A stretch of 64,000 nucleotides of DNA from Candidatus Heimdallarchaeota archaeon. GTDB taxonomy: Archaea; Asgardarchaeota; Heimdallarchaeia; Heimdallarchaeales; Heimdallarchaeaceae. Where the stretch lies: positions 10,996 to 74,995 of the forward strand of contig JAGXNV010000001.1 in the NCBI GenBank assembly GCA_019894795.1, given 5' to 3'. Made by a program: the position numbers and the translations under genes. Below the pieces are notes generated by a model. It was not told the DNA's origin and ran no database searches. It worked only from the letters and a program-made list of their open reading frames with translations. Below are positions 19,169 through 27,981 of this stretch, piece by piece (positions within the stretch are counted from its first letter, which is position 1; every line of letters starts with the position of its first letter).

Positions 19169-20200
19169 ATGGAACATTATATGTGTGATGAGTGTAAGTC
19201 AAGAATAGTTAAAGAAAATGGACTATACGTGTGCCAAAAGTGTGGTTTAGTTCACGAAGCGGTTCTAGAAGCATCTTCTTTTCAACTGGGATCCGTTTCT
19301 AAAAGTAATCAACATAAGAGCCAACAGTATACCGCTATTAATAATCGATTAGCCGTTGTAAGTTCATTAGGTTCCTCTATAGGTTCTGTAGAGGAATATA
19401 TGTTTAGAGATGCCAATGGTTCACTATTAGATCAAGGTACTCAATCGAAATTTAGAAAATTTAAGAATTTTTACCACATCCCCGGTGCGATAAAAGGGAA
19501 GGAAACCGATTACAGAACAATAAAAATAATGAACGAAGTTTTCGCACGTCTTCAAGTTCCTGAAAAAATACGTAATCGCTCTTTGTTCTTATATCACAAA
19601 TACAAGGAAGAACATAAGGGTAAGATAACAAATCATGTGCTTTTATCAGCTTTATCTCTTCTTCTTAGTGTTCGTGAATTTAAACACAATTGTCCTTTAA
19701 CTCTTAAAGAGATAGTAGGAACATATAGAGAATTAGGTCATCGGGTTTTAGGTAAGAACTTACTTAGCTTGATGCAGGATTTAAACATTAAATCTCCTTC
19801 TTCAAATATAAGAAGAAGTGAAGAGTATGTCTTTCGAATATGCTCTCTTATATGTCAACACTCAGCAATAAAGGAAAGAATTGAGAAGAAATACTCTATC
19901 GACGTTTATGTATATGAAAAGATGCTTCAATTGCTTTGTTTACGTATACTAGAGCGCGTTTCTTATGTTGAACGTGGAGGAAGACGACCTTATCCTTTTT
20001 CTGCTGCTTCTGCTTATGTAGCTGATAAACTTCTGTCAAAGAAACTCAACAGTTCTTCAGCTTTGACTCAAAAATTCGTTGCACAATCAACTAATGTTGC
20101 TGAATTCACGATTAGAGACCATGCAGAGTTCATGTTTAGTTATGACTATGATGACATTATAACTGAAATTAGCAGAAGGCTTTCGTCAAGTTTTGAATAA
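19169..20200 (+). CDS. tfb: transcription initiation factor TFB (TFIIB family), divergent paralog
   Basis: The zinc ribbon is CDECKSRIVKENGLYVCQKCGLV. Two cyclin-like repeats follow (IMNEVFARLQVPEKIRNRSLFLY... and EEYVFRICSLI...). The ATG is at 19169. Confidence 0.7.
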   Translation: MEHYMCDECKSRIVKENGLYVCQKCGLVHEAVLEASSFQLGSVSKSNQHKSQQYTAINNRLAVVSSLGSSIGSVEEYMFRDANGSLLDQGTQSKFRKFKNFYHIPGAIKGKETDYRTIKIMNEVFARLQVPEKIRNRSLFLYHKYKEEHKGKITNHVLLSALSLLLSVREFKHNCPLTLKEIVGTYRELGHRVLGKNLLSLMQDLNIKSPSSNIRRSEEYVFRICSLICQHSAIKERIEKKYSIDVYVYEKMLQLLCLRILERVSYVERGGRRPYPFSAASAYVADKLLSKKLNSSSALTQKFVAQSTNVAEFTIRDHAEFMFSYDYDDIITEISRRLSSSFE

Positions 20201-20234
20201 CGTGAATCATTAAGATAAGCATTTTATGCATATC

Positions 20235-20858
20235 TTAAAACTTGATTAAGTTTGAAAAGAAAGACTGTACCATTATGACTATTGCTATATGAAGTATAAA
20301 TACTACTACCATTTTGAAAATCATCCGAGTTTCATTACTCATTTTCAAAAGATAATAGTTGTTTAGACAATTAATTATTAAAAAGGAAAATGACAAAAGA
20401 GACCAAATCGTAAAAGAAAAGGAGAACTCAAAATCACCTGCACTGATGAGTGAATAAAAATTGGAGAAAAGTGGTGAAAAACCTGCGATCATAGCAATTG
20501 TTATCAATGTAACATAGCGTATTATACGCATTCTTCTTCTATGTATCTTTAACAAATCATTCCTTTCTTCAAGAGCTTCTTCACGCATTCTGATTAGTTT
20601 TGAGGTCGATCTTAAACGCTCTACTACATCTTTTGTGTCCGCTTGAGCTGTTGAAGCAAATAAATTGGTTATTGTTGGATAATCTAATTCTAACGATGAA
20701 AGAATCTCTATTGCTTCCTCCCCTAGCTGCATTCGTAACAATAGCTCTTCAGGAAATCCCTCTATGGAAAAGATAGCTCTCTCTAAATTTTCCCCTTTCT
20801 CTATTTGTTGTGCTATTTCTTGAAGCAGGATGTGATCTGAAAATGATAATTTATACAT
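20235..20858 (-). CDS. type IV filament membrane platform protein (FlaJ/TadC/EpdK-like, T2SS-F domain)
   Basis: This is a 207-aa polytopic protein with a soluble helical N-domain followed by TM helices. It overlaps the upstream platform gene by 8 nt and lies in an operon with the FlaI-like ATPase. Confidence 0.55.
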   Translation of the reverse strand: MYKLSFSDHILLQEIAQQIEKGENLERAIFSIEGFPEELLLRMQLGEEAIEILSSLELDYPTITNLFASTAQADTKDVVERLRSTSKLIRMREEALEERNDLLKIHRRRMRIIRYVTLITIAMIAGFSPLFSNFYSLISAGDFEFSFSFTIWSLLSFSFLIINCLNNYYLLKMSNETRMIFKMVVVFILHIAIVIMVQSFFSNLIKF

Positions 20859-21660
20859 TTTTACCCTCCATACTCTTGTTCTGAATCAATCTAAGTGTAG
20901 CAGTACCAAACACTGCATAAAGAAAAGGAAATAGTAGCAATGTTGGTGAGGTTGGTGCTACTATAAGTGATAGGACTAAACTAAGAACTAAAGGTAATAA
21001 ACACGAAATGGCAACGAATATGACCATATTATCCTCAATCAGTTTTACCTCTCTCTTGAGTTTAATTAGAAAATCGGGATCTGTTTCGATAAAAGAGACA
21101 GGATTCTTCAAATTCTGGAAAGCATATCTATGCTTTTTATTCTGAAACATCCTTGAATTTTCATCGATTATTCTATCCTCATCAGCTCCAACATTAAATT
21201 TGAAGACCATTTCTTCAAAATATTCCTTGTAGAAATTATCAACTGTTCTTTTTTTTAATAAGAGTTCAATAGATTGAGGTAAAGATTGTGTTGATTTCAT
21301 GTTAATTGAGAGAGAATTGATAATCAGAAATGCCATCTCATCAAATAAGTGATGTCTTTTCATGATGTTTGACCTGATATAATCACTTGTAACAAAGAAG
21401 AAAGAGAGTGCAATGACAATTGAGACGAGAAGCGTGAAAATTATATTTAATTGAATTAGAAAATAGCAAAGGACAATTGATAAAAGAAAATTAAGAATTG
21501 AAAGATTACTAAACACAATTATTTTTGTTAAATCTCTTTCAGATATAAAATCTTTAGAGTGTCTTTTAATCTTTCCTAATATGATTTTATACAGAAATTC
21601 TTTTGGTATAAGACTAAATTGCATGGTTTTTTGCAATAATGATAAATAGCTCGTAGCCAC
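20851..21660 (-). CDS. type IV filament membrane platform protein (FlaJ/TadB/EpdJ-like, T2SS-F domain)
   Basis: This 269-aa protein has a TM - cytoplasmic helical domain - TM architecture. It abuts the stop codon of the ATPase gene. Confidence 0.55.
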   Translation of the reverse strand: MATSYLSLLQKTMQFSLIPKEFLYKIILGKIKRHSKDFISERDLTKIIVFSNLSILNFLLSIVLCYFLIQLNIIFTLLVSIVIALSFFFVTSDYIRSNIMKRHHLFDEMAFLIINSLSINMKSTQSLPQSIELLLKKRTVDNFYKEYFEEMVFKFNVGADEDRIIDENSRMFQNKKHRYAFQNLKNPVSFIETDPDFLIKLKREVKLIEDNMVIFVAISCLLPLVLSLVLSLIVAPTSPTLLLFPFLYAVFGTATLRLIQNKSMEGKNV

Positions 21661-23055
21661 TCATTTCACCGTTATTAATTGTTTATTTTTCTTGTTAATT
21701 TGTTCTTGCAACTGAATCTCTCCCTCAACAATTGAATCGATTTTTTCTTTGATGAAAGAAACCTCTTTTATTCTTGTGGTTGTTCTCTCTTTTTTCCAAG
21801 AAGAATCGTAAATTTTTTCCAAGAAACCATATTTTTCATCATTTTGGATATTTTCCGTCCTAACTTCATAAATTTCAGCTATGGTTCTGATAAAATTATT
21901 CTCTGTTATCTCTCGTTTCATAATAATAATTGTATCAAGAGATAGAAAATCTGTTACTGAAATCTTATGGAGATTTTCCCACCTTCTAAGTATTTTCTCT
22001 ATACTATCGGCATGAGCTGTTTGTATTCCTTTTAGACCCGCATTTAAAGCTTCAAACATAGCTCTTGTGTGCTCACTCGATTGTATTTCTCCCAAATAAA
22101 TCCAGTCTGGGGATCTATGCAGTAATTTCAAAATTTCCGATGTTTTAGTATAAAGAGATCTATTTGACTCAAAAGAATCAATTTGAATTAATAGCTGTTT
22201 ATAACCTAATTCTGTTTGATTAATTGATTCTATAGCATCTTCTATCGCGATTTTTCTCCAATGTTTAGGTGTATACAAGTCTATTGCATTTGCCAAAGTA
22301 GTTTTTCCAGAGTTTGGTTCTCCTATTACAGTGATATTTCTCCTTTCTTTGACTACTTCTATTAGATAAGAAGCGATGATTGGAGATAATGTTTTTAATT
22401 CTACCAAATCCACCAACTTCAAAGGATTCCTGTGAAACTTTCTAATATTAAATGTCGGTCCATTTGGTGATAATGGTGGAAAATCCATTGAAATTCTCAT
22501 GTGAAAATCATTTGTTTTAAACTCGATTTTGAGGGATGGTTTCTTTGTTGTGACACTTATAGGGTGTTCTAACTTTAATCTAGTTATCAAGCTCCTTATC
22601 TCTTCTTCTTCCAGAACTATTTTAGTATTACACCTGCCGAATATTTTATGATCAATATAAATTGGAGCATTCATCTGATCCAGATATATCTCATTCACTT
22701 TATCATCTAGAAAGAGCGGCATAATCCTATCTAATTTAATCAGCTTGAATATGAATAACTCTGCAAATAAATCTGGTTCAGTAGGTAGATCATCAATTTC
22801 CAATACTTTCCACATGAAAATTGATTTTAGTACACTGACTAATTCATCAAACTTGAGGATTTTTTCACCCAATCTCCCTTTATTTTTAAAAATGATAGAT
22901 GATAATTCCGCAAATACCAGTGGGTCTTGATCGAAATCAAAGTCGGGTTCCGCAGCATACATTAGATATTTATTTTCTTTAGCTATTTTGATTCTATAGC
23001 CTTTAACCTTGTATTTACTAATCCCGTCCTGTTTCAATTTAATTTCACCATTCAA
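21661..23055 (-). CDS. FlaI/PilB/TadA-family secretion ATPase
   Basis: Walker A is VIGEPNSGKTTLANAI. IAIEDAIE, YLGEIQSSEHTRAMFEALNAGLKGIQTAHADS and His-box-like motifs are typical of VirB11/FlaI ATPases. The apparent start codon is TTG. Confidence 0.8.
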   Translation of the reverse strand: MNGEIKLKQDGISKYKVKGYRIKIAKENKYLMYAAEPDFDFDQDPLVFAELSSIIFKNKGRLGEKILKFDELVSVLKSIFMWKVLEIDDLPTEPDLFAELFIFKLIKLDRIMPLFLDDKVNEIYLDQMNAPIYIDHKIFGRCNTKIVLEEEEIRSLITRLKLEHPISVTTKKPSLKIEFKTNDFHMRISMDFPPLSPNGPTFNIRKFHRNPLKLVDLVELKTLSPIIASYLIEVVKERRNITVIGEPNSGKTTLANAIDLYTPKHWRKIAIEDAIESINQTELGYKQLLIQIDSFESNRSLYTKTSEILKLLHRSPDWIYLGEIQSSEHTRAMFEALNAGLKGIQTAHADSIEKILRRWENLHKISVTDFLSLDTIIIMKREITENNFIRTIAEIYEVRTENIQNDEKYGFLEKIYDSSWKKERTTTRIKEVSFIKEKIDSIVEGEIQLQEQINKKNKQLITVK

Positions 23056-23573
23056 GTAATTTTGACTCTTTCTGCTGTATGTCGCTACTTTAACTACTAC
23101 TTAGTATATCAACACCACTTTTTTCATACACAAAATATTAATTCCATAAAAAAGCGAGCAACAACAAACAAGACTACATTTACAGAATATACCTATACAG
23201 GTCTCCTTATTGTTCAACAACTGTTCTCTCTTAAACGGTATGCGGAAATCTTTCCTCTTCTCAAGCAATATGAGAACAGGTTACAGCGAATTGAGGTTCT
23301 AGAGATGAGTATCTTCATGGAAGCGTTCACCCAAGTAGGGGCGTATAAGGATGGAGATCCTCTTGGGCCAGCTTTACAATATATGGCAATAAAGAAATGC
23401 AGACTCTATGGGTTCTCTAGATTGGAAAACAAATTACTTAATTACTTACAATTACAGCATAAGGAGATAACAAGAGCGATATAGCCTCAAGAAAAGGTTT
23501 TTTTATGTAATTTGGAGACTCTTTATCCTTTATGGATAAATAAAAGTATTTTTTCCACGTTTGTTTTGCGGAG

Positions 23574-23582
23574 TTTAAATAA
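23574..23582 (+). promoter_or_regulatory. TATA-box-like element upstream of the pilin ORF
   Basis: TTTAAATAA lies 27-35 nt upstream of the ATG at 23609. This spacing fits a leaderless or short-leader archaeal transcript. Confidence 0.35.
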
Positions 23583-23608
23583 CAAGCTTTAGATAAATAT
23601 CGAGAATT

Positions 23609-23785
23609 ATGTGGATGATATTTCAATTATTCAGAAATTTCAGGTTTAACAAAAAAAGAGGGTCTCCAATCCTTGAGGAGATTTTGCTTATTGGTATAGC
23701 TATACTTATCTTTGCTATTATTTTTGGTGTGATTCTAAATCTAATCGACTGGTCTACAACATCTATAGACGATTTGTTCGGTTGA
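23609..23785 (+). CDS. 58-aa class III signal peptide (type IV pilin-like) protein, absent from the ORF track
   Basis: The translation is MWMIFQLFRNFRFNKKRGSPILEEILLIGIAILIFAIIFGVILNLIDWSTTSIDDLFG. It has a basic stretch, then G/S, then a Glu about 5 residues after the putative cleavage site, then a long hydrophobic helix. It is divergent from the FlaI/FlaJ-like operon. Confidence 0.6.
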   Translation: MWMIFQLFRNFRFNKKRGSPILEEILLIGIAILIFAIIFGVILNLIDWSTTSIDDLFG

Positions 23786-23841
23786 TGGAAGTGGCTTAGA
23801 ACTAATACTGAAAACTTGAAGAAATGAACGTTTTTGATAAA

Positions 23842-23926
23842 TGGTGCGGAGAGGGAGATTCGAACTCCCGGATCACTAAGAACTAGATCCTCATTCTAGC
23901 GCCTTTGACCACTCGGCAATCTCCAC
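23842..23926 (-). tRNA. tRNA-Leu (anticodon GAG), long variable arm, CCA encoded
   Basis: Hand fold: acceptor GTGGAGA/TCTCCGC, anticodon stem CTAGA/TCTAG with loop ATGAGGA, long variable arm, T arm GGGAG-TTCGAAT-CTCCC, discriminator A, then CCA. Confidence 0.85.
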
Positions 23927-24139
23927 ATGTGTTGAATAAAACCGATAATAAGGATTATTAACTTTATCGGCATATGTTCAATATAACAAATCTGAATTAG
24001 ATGTGAATCAAAAAGAACACTTACAATATGAACGTTGTTTTCATCAAATCTGAAAATAACGACTAGGAACAATGAAGCTTGATTATAGGGGAATGCAAGA
24101 GGAAGATTTGATCATCACTTTCAGAGATGTCTGTCTGCT

Positions 24140-24150
24140 AAATATAAATA
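24140..24150 (+). promoter_or_regulatory. TATA-box-like element upstream of orc1/cdc6
   Basis: AAATATAAATA lies 32-42 nt upstream of the ATG at 24182. Confidence 0.35.
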
Positions 24151-24181
24151 GTAATTTCCCTTGAGGTATATTAGAGAGAGA

Positions 24182-25399
24182 ATGATGCCCAAATCTGATG
24201 AGGAATTTTTTAATTCCTTACTGAAAAAACCTACAGTGTTTAAGAATACAAGTTGTTTATCTGTTACATATATTCCTCCCCATTTACCACATAGGGAAGA
24301 AGAGCTCAGAACCTTAGCAAAATATTTCAAAACAATTTTCGCGGAAAAGGATGAACCCTTAAGAAAAATAAGCATAACAGGACCAACAGGATCAGGTAAA
24401 ACTACCTTAGCCAAGAGGTTTGGTCAAGTATTAGAAAACATAGATAAACAAAAAAATTTCCGCTTAGTTTACATTAATTGCCGGATTTACAAGAGTCCTT
24501 ACCTTATTATTAGTACATTAGCACGTCAATTGAACAAGGCTATTCCACCGAGAGGATACTCTTTTGAAGAATTACAAGATCTTTTGATTCGTTTGTTAGA
24601 TTTCTATTCACCCAAAATACTGCTCATTTTAGATGAAGTTGATTATCTTATCGCTCGTGCAGGAACAGATTTTCTCTACACTCTACTGAGAATAAGTGAA
24701 ATGACCAGCAAGCAGTGGATATCTTACATTTTCATTGCTAGAAACTTGAATTTTATTCATCAACTTGATGCAAGTACACAAAGTAGTTTTCAATCAAGCC
24801 ATATATCGTTGGACAGATATTCTGAACCAGATTTAAAGGATATCATCAAGTCTCGATCTGAATTAGCATTCTATGATGGTGTAATAACTGAAGACGCAAC
24901 AGAATTAATTGCAGATATTGCTAGTAAGTCAGGAGATGCACGTTACGCCATAGAGTTATTATGGGGAGCTGGGCAATGTGCAGATGATGAGAGTTCTCCA
25001 ATTATTTATCCAGATCATGTGAGAAAAGCCAAAGCTCTAATTCATCCAGAGGTTAGAAGAGAAGTTATTCTAACGCTGACGTTGCATCAGAAATTAGTTC
25101 TACTTGCAGTTATTAGAAAACTAAAACATACAAAGAATGCATATATTTCAACAAACGATGCAATTGGTTCTTACAAACTACTATGTGAGGAATATAAAGA
25201 AGATCCACGAAAACATACACAACTTTGGTCTTACTTGAAAGAATTATCAAAGCAAGATATCATCAGTACAAAAATTTCAGGTGAAGGAATGCGAGGCAAA
25301 ACAACACTCATAAGCATTCCTGACATCTCCGTTGAATCTATAGAAGCTTTCTTAGTTAAAACAATTGAAAACCAAAAGAAAATAATAGAGCATAGATAA
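24182..25399 (+). CDS. cdc6: Orc1/Cdc6 replication initiator
   Basis: PHREEELRTLAKYF is followed by Walker A ITGPTGSGKTT and Walker B ILILDEVD. The sensor region is GDARYAIELL. A C-terminal winged helix is present. Confidence 0.9.
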   Translation: MMPKSDEEFFNSLLKKPTVFKNTSCLSVTYIPPHLPHREEELRTLAKYFKTIFAEKDEPLRKISITGPTGSGKTTLAKRFGQVLENIDKQKNFRLVYINCRIYKSPYLIISTLARQLNKAIPPRGYSFEELQDLLIRLLDFYSPKILLILDEVDYLIARAGTDFLYTLLRISEMTSKQWISYIFIARNLNFIHQLDASTQSSFQSSHISLDRYSEPDLKDIIKSRSELAFYDGVITEDATELIADIASKSGDARYAIELLWGAGQCADDESSPIIYPDHVRKAKALIHPEVRREVILTLTLHQKLVLLAVIRKLKHTKNAYISTNDAIGSYKLLCEEYKEDPRKHTQLWSYLKELSKQDIISTKISGEGMRGKTTLISIPDISVESIEAFLVKTIENQKKIIEHR

Positions 25400-25410
25400 A
25401 AGGGAATAAA

Positions 25411-25716
25411 ATGGCAAATATAAGCGAAAAAGAAGAGATACAAAAACTCCTGATCGAGGATGTTTTATCGTCAAGAGGAAGGGTTAGAATTCTAAAATTA
25501 TTGGCAGAATTGGATGAGTTAAACGTATCCGCAATTTCAAGGAACATCAATTTAAATCACTCTGCAGTGAAACAACATCTGAAATTTTTGTGCAAAGCTG
25601 GTCTTATAAGAGAAAAGAAGTTTGGAAGAATTTTAATCTATCAGTATGATAATGAAAATATCTTGTCTTCCTCCTTGAAACAACTATTCGCTGTTTGGGA
25701 AGAGAAGAAGCAATAA
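25411..25716 (+). CDS. ArsR-family winged-helix protein
   Basis: This 101-aa protein contains SSRGRVRILKLLAELDELNVSAISRNINLNHSAVKQHLKFLCKAGLI, typical of ArsR/SmtB HTH. It starts 12 nt after the cdc6 stop. Confidence 0.7.
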   Translation: MANISEKEEIQKLLIEDVLSSRGRVRILKLLAELDELNVSAISRNINLNHSAVKQHLKFLCKAGLIREKKFGRILIYQYDNENILSSSLKQLFAVWEEKKQ

Positions 25717-25737
25717 ATCAAAATAATAAAGAAAATT

Positions 25738-25815
25738 TGGTGCCTCGACCGGGATTTGAACCCGGGTCTGCGGAGTGAGAGTCCGCAATGATTGGCCGAG
25801 CTACACCATCGAGGC
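25738..25815 (-). tRNA. tRNA-Glu (anticodon CUC), CCA encoded
   Basis: Hand fold: acceptor GCCTCGA/TCGAGGC, anticodon stem GCGGA/TCCGC with loop CTCTCAC, T arm CCGGG-TTCAAAT-CCCGG, discriminator A, then CCA. Confidence 0.9.
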
Positions 25816-25907
25816 AGTAAGATAATGAAGGGCATGGGGTTTTTTAATTTTTTTCTTTGTGTTACATTAGATTTTTAATTTCAAGAAAGATATAATAGTG
25901 GAAGATA

Positions 25908-26741
25908 ATGAGATACTTTGTGAGAGTTTTTTATGAAGGAGCTAATTATTTTGGTTATCAGAGACAGTCTAGTGTGTTCACAATAGAAGAAACCTTGATC
26001 AATGCACTCGAAGCGACTAATCATATTCTTTCGCCTCAGAAAAACCGATTCATTAGTGCAAGTAGAACAGATAAAAATGTAAATGCAATAGGTAATGTTA
26101 TTGGCTTTAATTCAGAAAAAGAGATAATTATAGATCAAATCAATGCAAAACTTCCTAGTGACAACTCAATTGTATGTTGGTCTTATAGTATCGTTGAAGA
26201 CGATTTTTCACCCAAGCATAGTTTGAAGAAGAAATATTGGTATTTAGTAAAAAAAGAATTATTTGAGGACAAAACAGAAACAACTATACAAGAAATACAG
26301 AAAATCTGTTCGTTTTTCGAAGGACAAAATGATTACAAACTATTCTGTAAAAAGGACCATCGAAACACTGTTAGAGAGATTGAGAAAATCAATATTTTGA
26401 AGGAAAAGGATTATTTAATTTTTGAATTTATAGCTCAATCTTTTTTGTGGGAGCAGGTTAGACGAATCGTAGGATATATTACGAATTATTGGAAACTCTC
26501 AGAGGAATTAAGAGATACAAAAAAGCTCCTTCAAGGAAGTACTGAAATTACAAACTTGAATATACAGCCAGCTGAACCAGAAAATTTAATTTTGATAGAG
26601 CATTTCTATGAAGGTTTAGAATGGATAATAAGTCAAAGAGCGATAATGATAATCAAAGACAAAATCAATACAGCCTTGAGAAAAATTGAACAAGAAGAAA
26701 TTCAAAAAAGGACCGTGTTTAGATATATCGAAGGACTGTAA
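25908..26741 (+). CDS. truA: tRNA pseudouridine synthase A (TruA/Pus1 family)
   Basis: The N-terminus is YFVRVFYEGANYFGYQRQ. The catalytic-Asp motif is ASRTDKNVNAIGNV. Confidence 0.75.
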   Translation: MRYFVRVFYEGANYFGYQRQSSVFTIEETLINALEATNHILSPQKNRFISASRTDKNVNAIGNVIGFNSEKEIIIDQINAKLPSDNSIVCWSYSIVEDDFSPKHSLKKKYWYLVKKELFEDKTETTIQEIQKICSFFEGQNDYKLFCKKDHRNTVREIEKINILKEKDYLIFEFIAQSFLWEQVRRIVGYITNYWKLSEELRDTKKLLQGSTEITNLNIQPAEPENLILIEHFYEGLEWIISQRAIMIIKDKINTALRKIEQEEIQKRTVFRYIEGL

Positions 26742-26762
26742 GAGAAATAGATAAGTTTCTTA

Positions 26763-27734
26763 CTACTCTTTATTGGATTCTTTCACCAATTTTGCTAAGA
26801 AAGAAGTCAATTGAATATTGCTGGAAGCTCCTTCAGAAATTCGAAAATCTATTTCAGCTAAGAATTCAGTAACCTCTAATTTCATATTATCTGAGATAGA
26901 AAGGGAAGATATTTCTCGATAAATTTGATGTGTTACATCTGTTCCTGATAAACCAAATTCTAGAATTAGTTGTTGTAAAACTTCTCTTGATTTTTCGAAT
27001 TTACCACTTAAAGCAAGGCTGAGCATTTCCTTGATTCGTTCTGGATCTGCATGTCCTACAGTTTTTAAAACAGTTATTCTTTCTACTGATTTACCCGAAG
27101 CTGCTGTAGATTGGAGAATATTTACTGCTTTTCTTAAATCTCCTTCACAAATATAAAGAACTGTGCTAAGTCCCTCTTCATCATAAACAAGCTTCTCATT
27201 ATCACAAATATATTTTAGAAACTCTCTAATGCTTTTTTCATCAAGAGGTTTGAACCGAAATATTGCACATCTTGATTGAATGGGTTCAATAATTTTACTT
27301 GAATAATTACAAATGAGGGCAAATCTACTTGTTTTAACATATCTTTCCATTGTTCTTCTTAGAGCATGTTGCGCAGCGGAGGTTAAACTATCAGCCTCAT
27401 CTAAGCAAATTATCTTGAAAGGTATGTCTCCATAAGAGGCCGTGCGAGCAAATTCTTTCACTTTTGTTCGAATGGCATCTATCCCACGGTCATCTGATGC
27501 ATTCATCTCCAACAGGTTACGAGAAACATTAGCATGACCATATAAATCAATAGCGAGAGCTAAGAGTGCAGATGTTTTACCAGTTCCTGGAGGTCCTGCA
27601 AATAAAAGGTGAGGTAAGTTCTTTCGTTCAACAAATCCTTTCAGACGTATGATAATGTCTTCATGACCCCTAAGATCATCAAGAGTCTTAGGCCTATATT
27701 TTTCTGTCCACATTACATCATATTTACTGGTCAT
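26763..27734 (-). CDS. rfcS: replication factor C small subunit
   Basis: Motifs present: WTEKYRPKTLDDL, LPHLLFAGPPGTGKTS, CLDEADSLT (DEAD-like), SRC motif QSRCAIFRF. Confidence 0.9.
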   Translation of the reverse strand: MTSKYDVMWTEKYRPKTLDDLRGHEDIIIRLKGFVERKNLPHLLFAGPPGTGKTSALLALAIDLYGHANVSRNLLEMNASDDRGIDAIRTKVKEFARTASYGDIPFKIICLDEADSLTSAAQHALRRTMERYVKTSRFALICNYSSKIIEPIQSRCAIFRFKPLDEKSIREFLKYICDNEKLVYDEEGLSTVLYICEGDLRKAVNILQSTAASGKSVERITVLKTVGHADPERIKEMLSLALSGKFEKSREVLQQLILEFGLSGTDVTHQIYREISSLSISDNMKLEVTEFLAEIDFRISEGASSNIQLTSFLAKLVKESNKE

Positions 27735-27981
27735 TTTCTCACATCATCATTTCTAAGTTTTTTCTATTTAAAGTTATTATATACAACGTTCAAAATTAAT
27801 TGTACATAGAACACATTTGAAGTGTTTTAATAAAATTTTACATTGAAATTAATTTTTTAATGTCTCACTTATTTGGTTATAATCATTCAGCATAATGATT
27901 TTTAAAATACTTGAGTATGGAAAACCTTTTTTATTATCATAAGTCGATGCGATATAGTATTAACCTTTCCTAGGTGCCACT

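Noticed and set aside
23062-23484. A 140-aa plus-strand ORF between the FlaI-like ATPase start and the pilin micro-ORF.
   Set aside because: It depends on a TTG start that abuts the divergent ATPase start. The first in-frame ATG leaves only about 59 aa. I see no motifs and no convincing Shine-Dalgarno or TATA context. It could be real, but I cannot support it.
23927-24181. I searched for origin recognition boxes and a duplex-unwinding element upstream of cdc6.
   Set aside because: I found only short, non-significant repeats (AAATCTGAA twice, and a 7-bp inverted repeat). There are no repeated ORB-like elements with G-strings, so I do not call an origin.
25641-25835. A 64-aa minus-strand ORF in the track.
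   Set aside because: It is essentially the translation of the tRNA-Glu gene and its flanks, so it is not a CDS.
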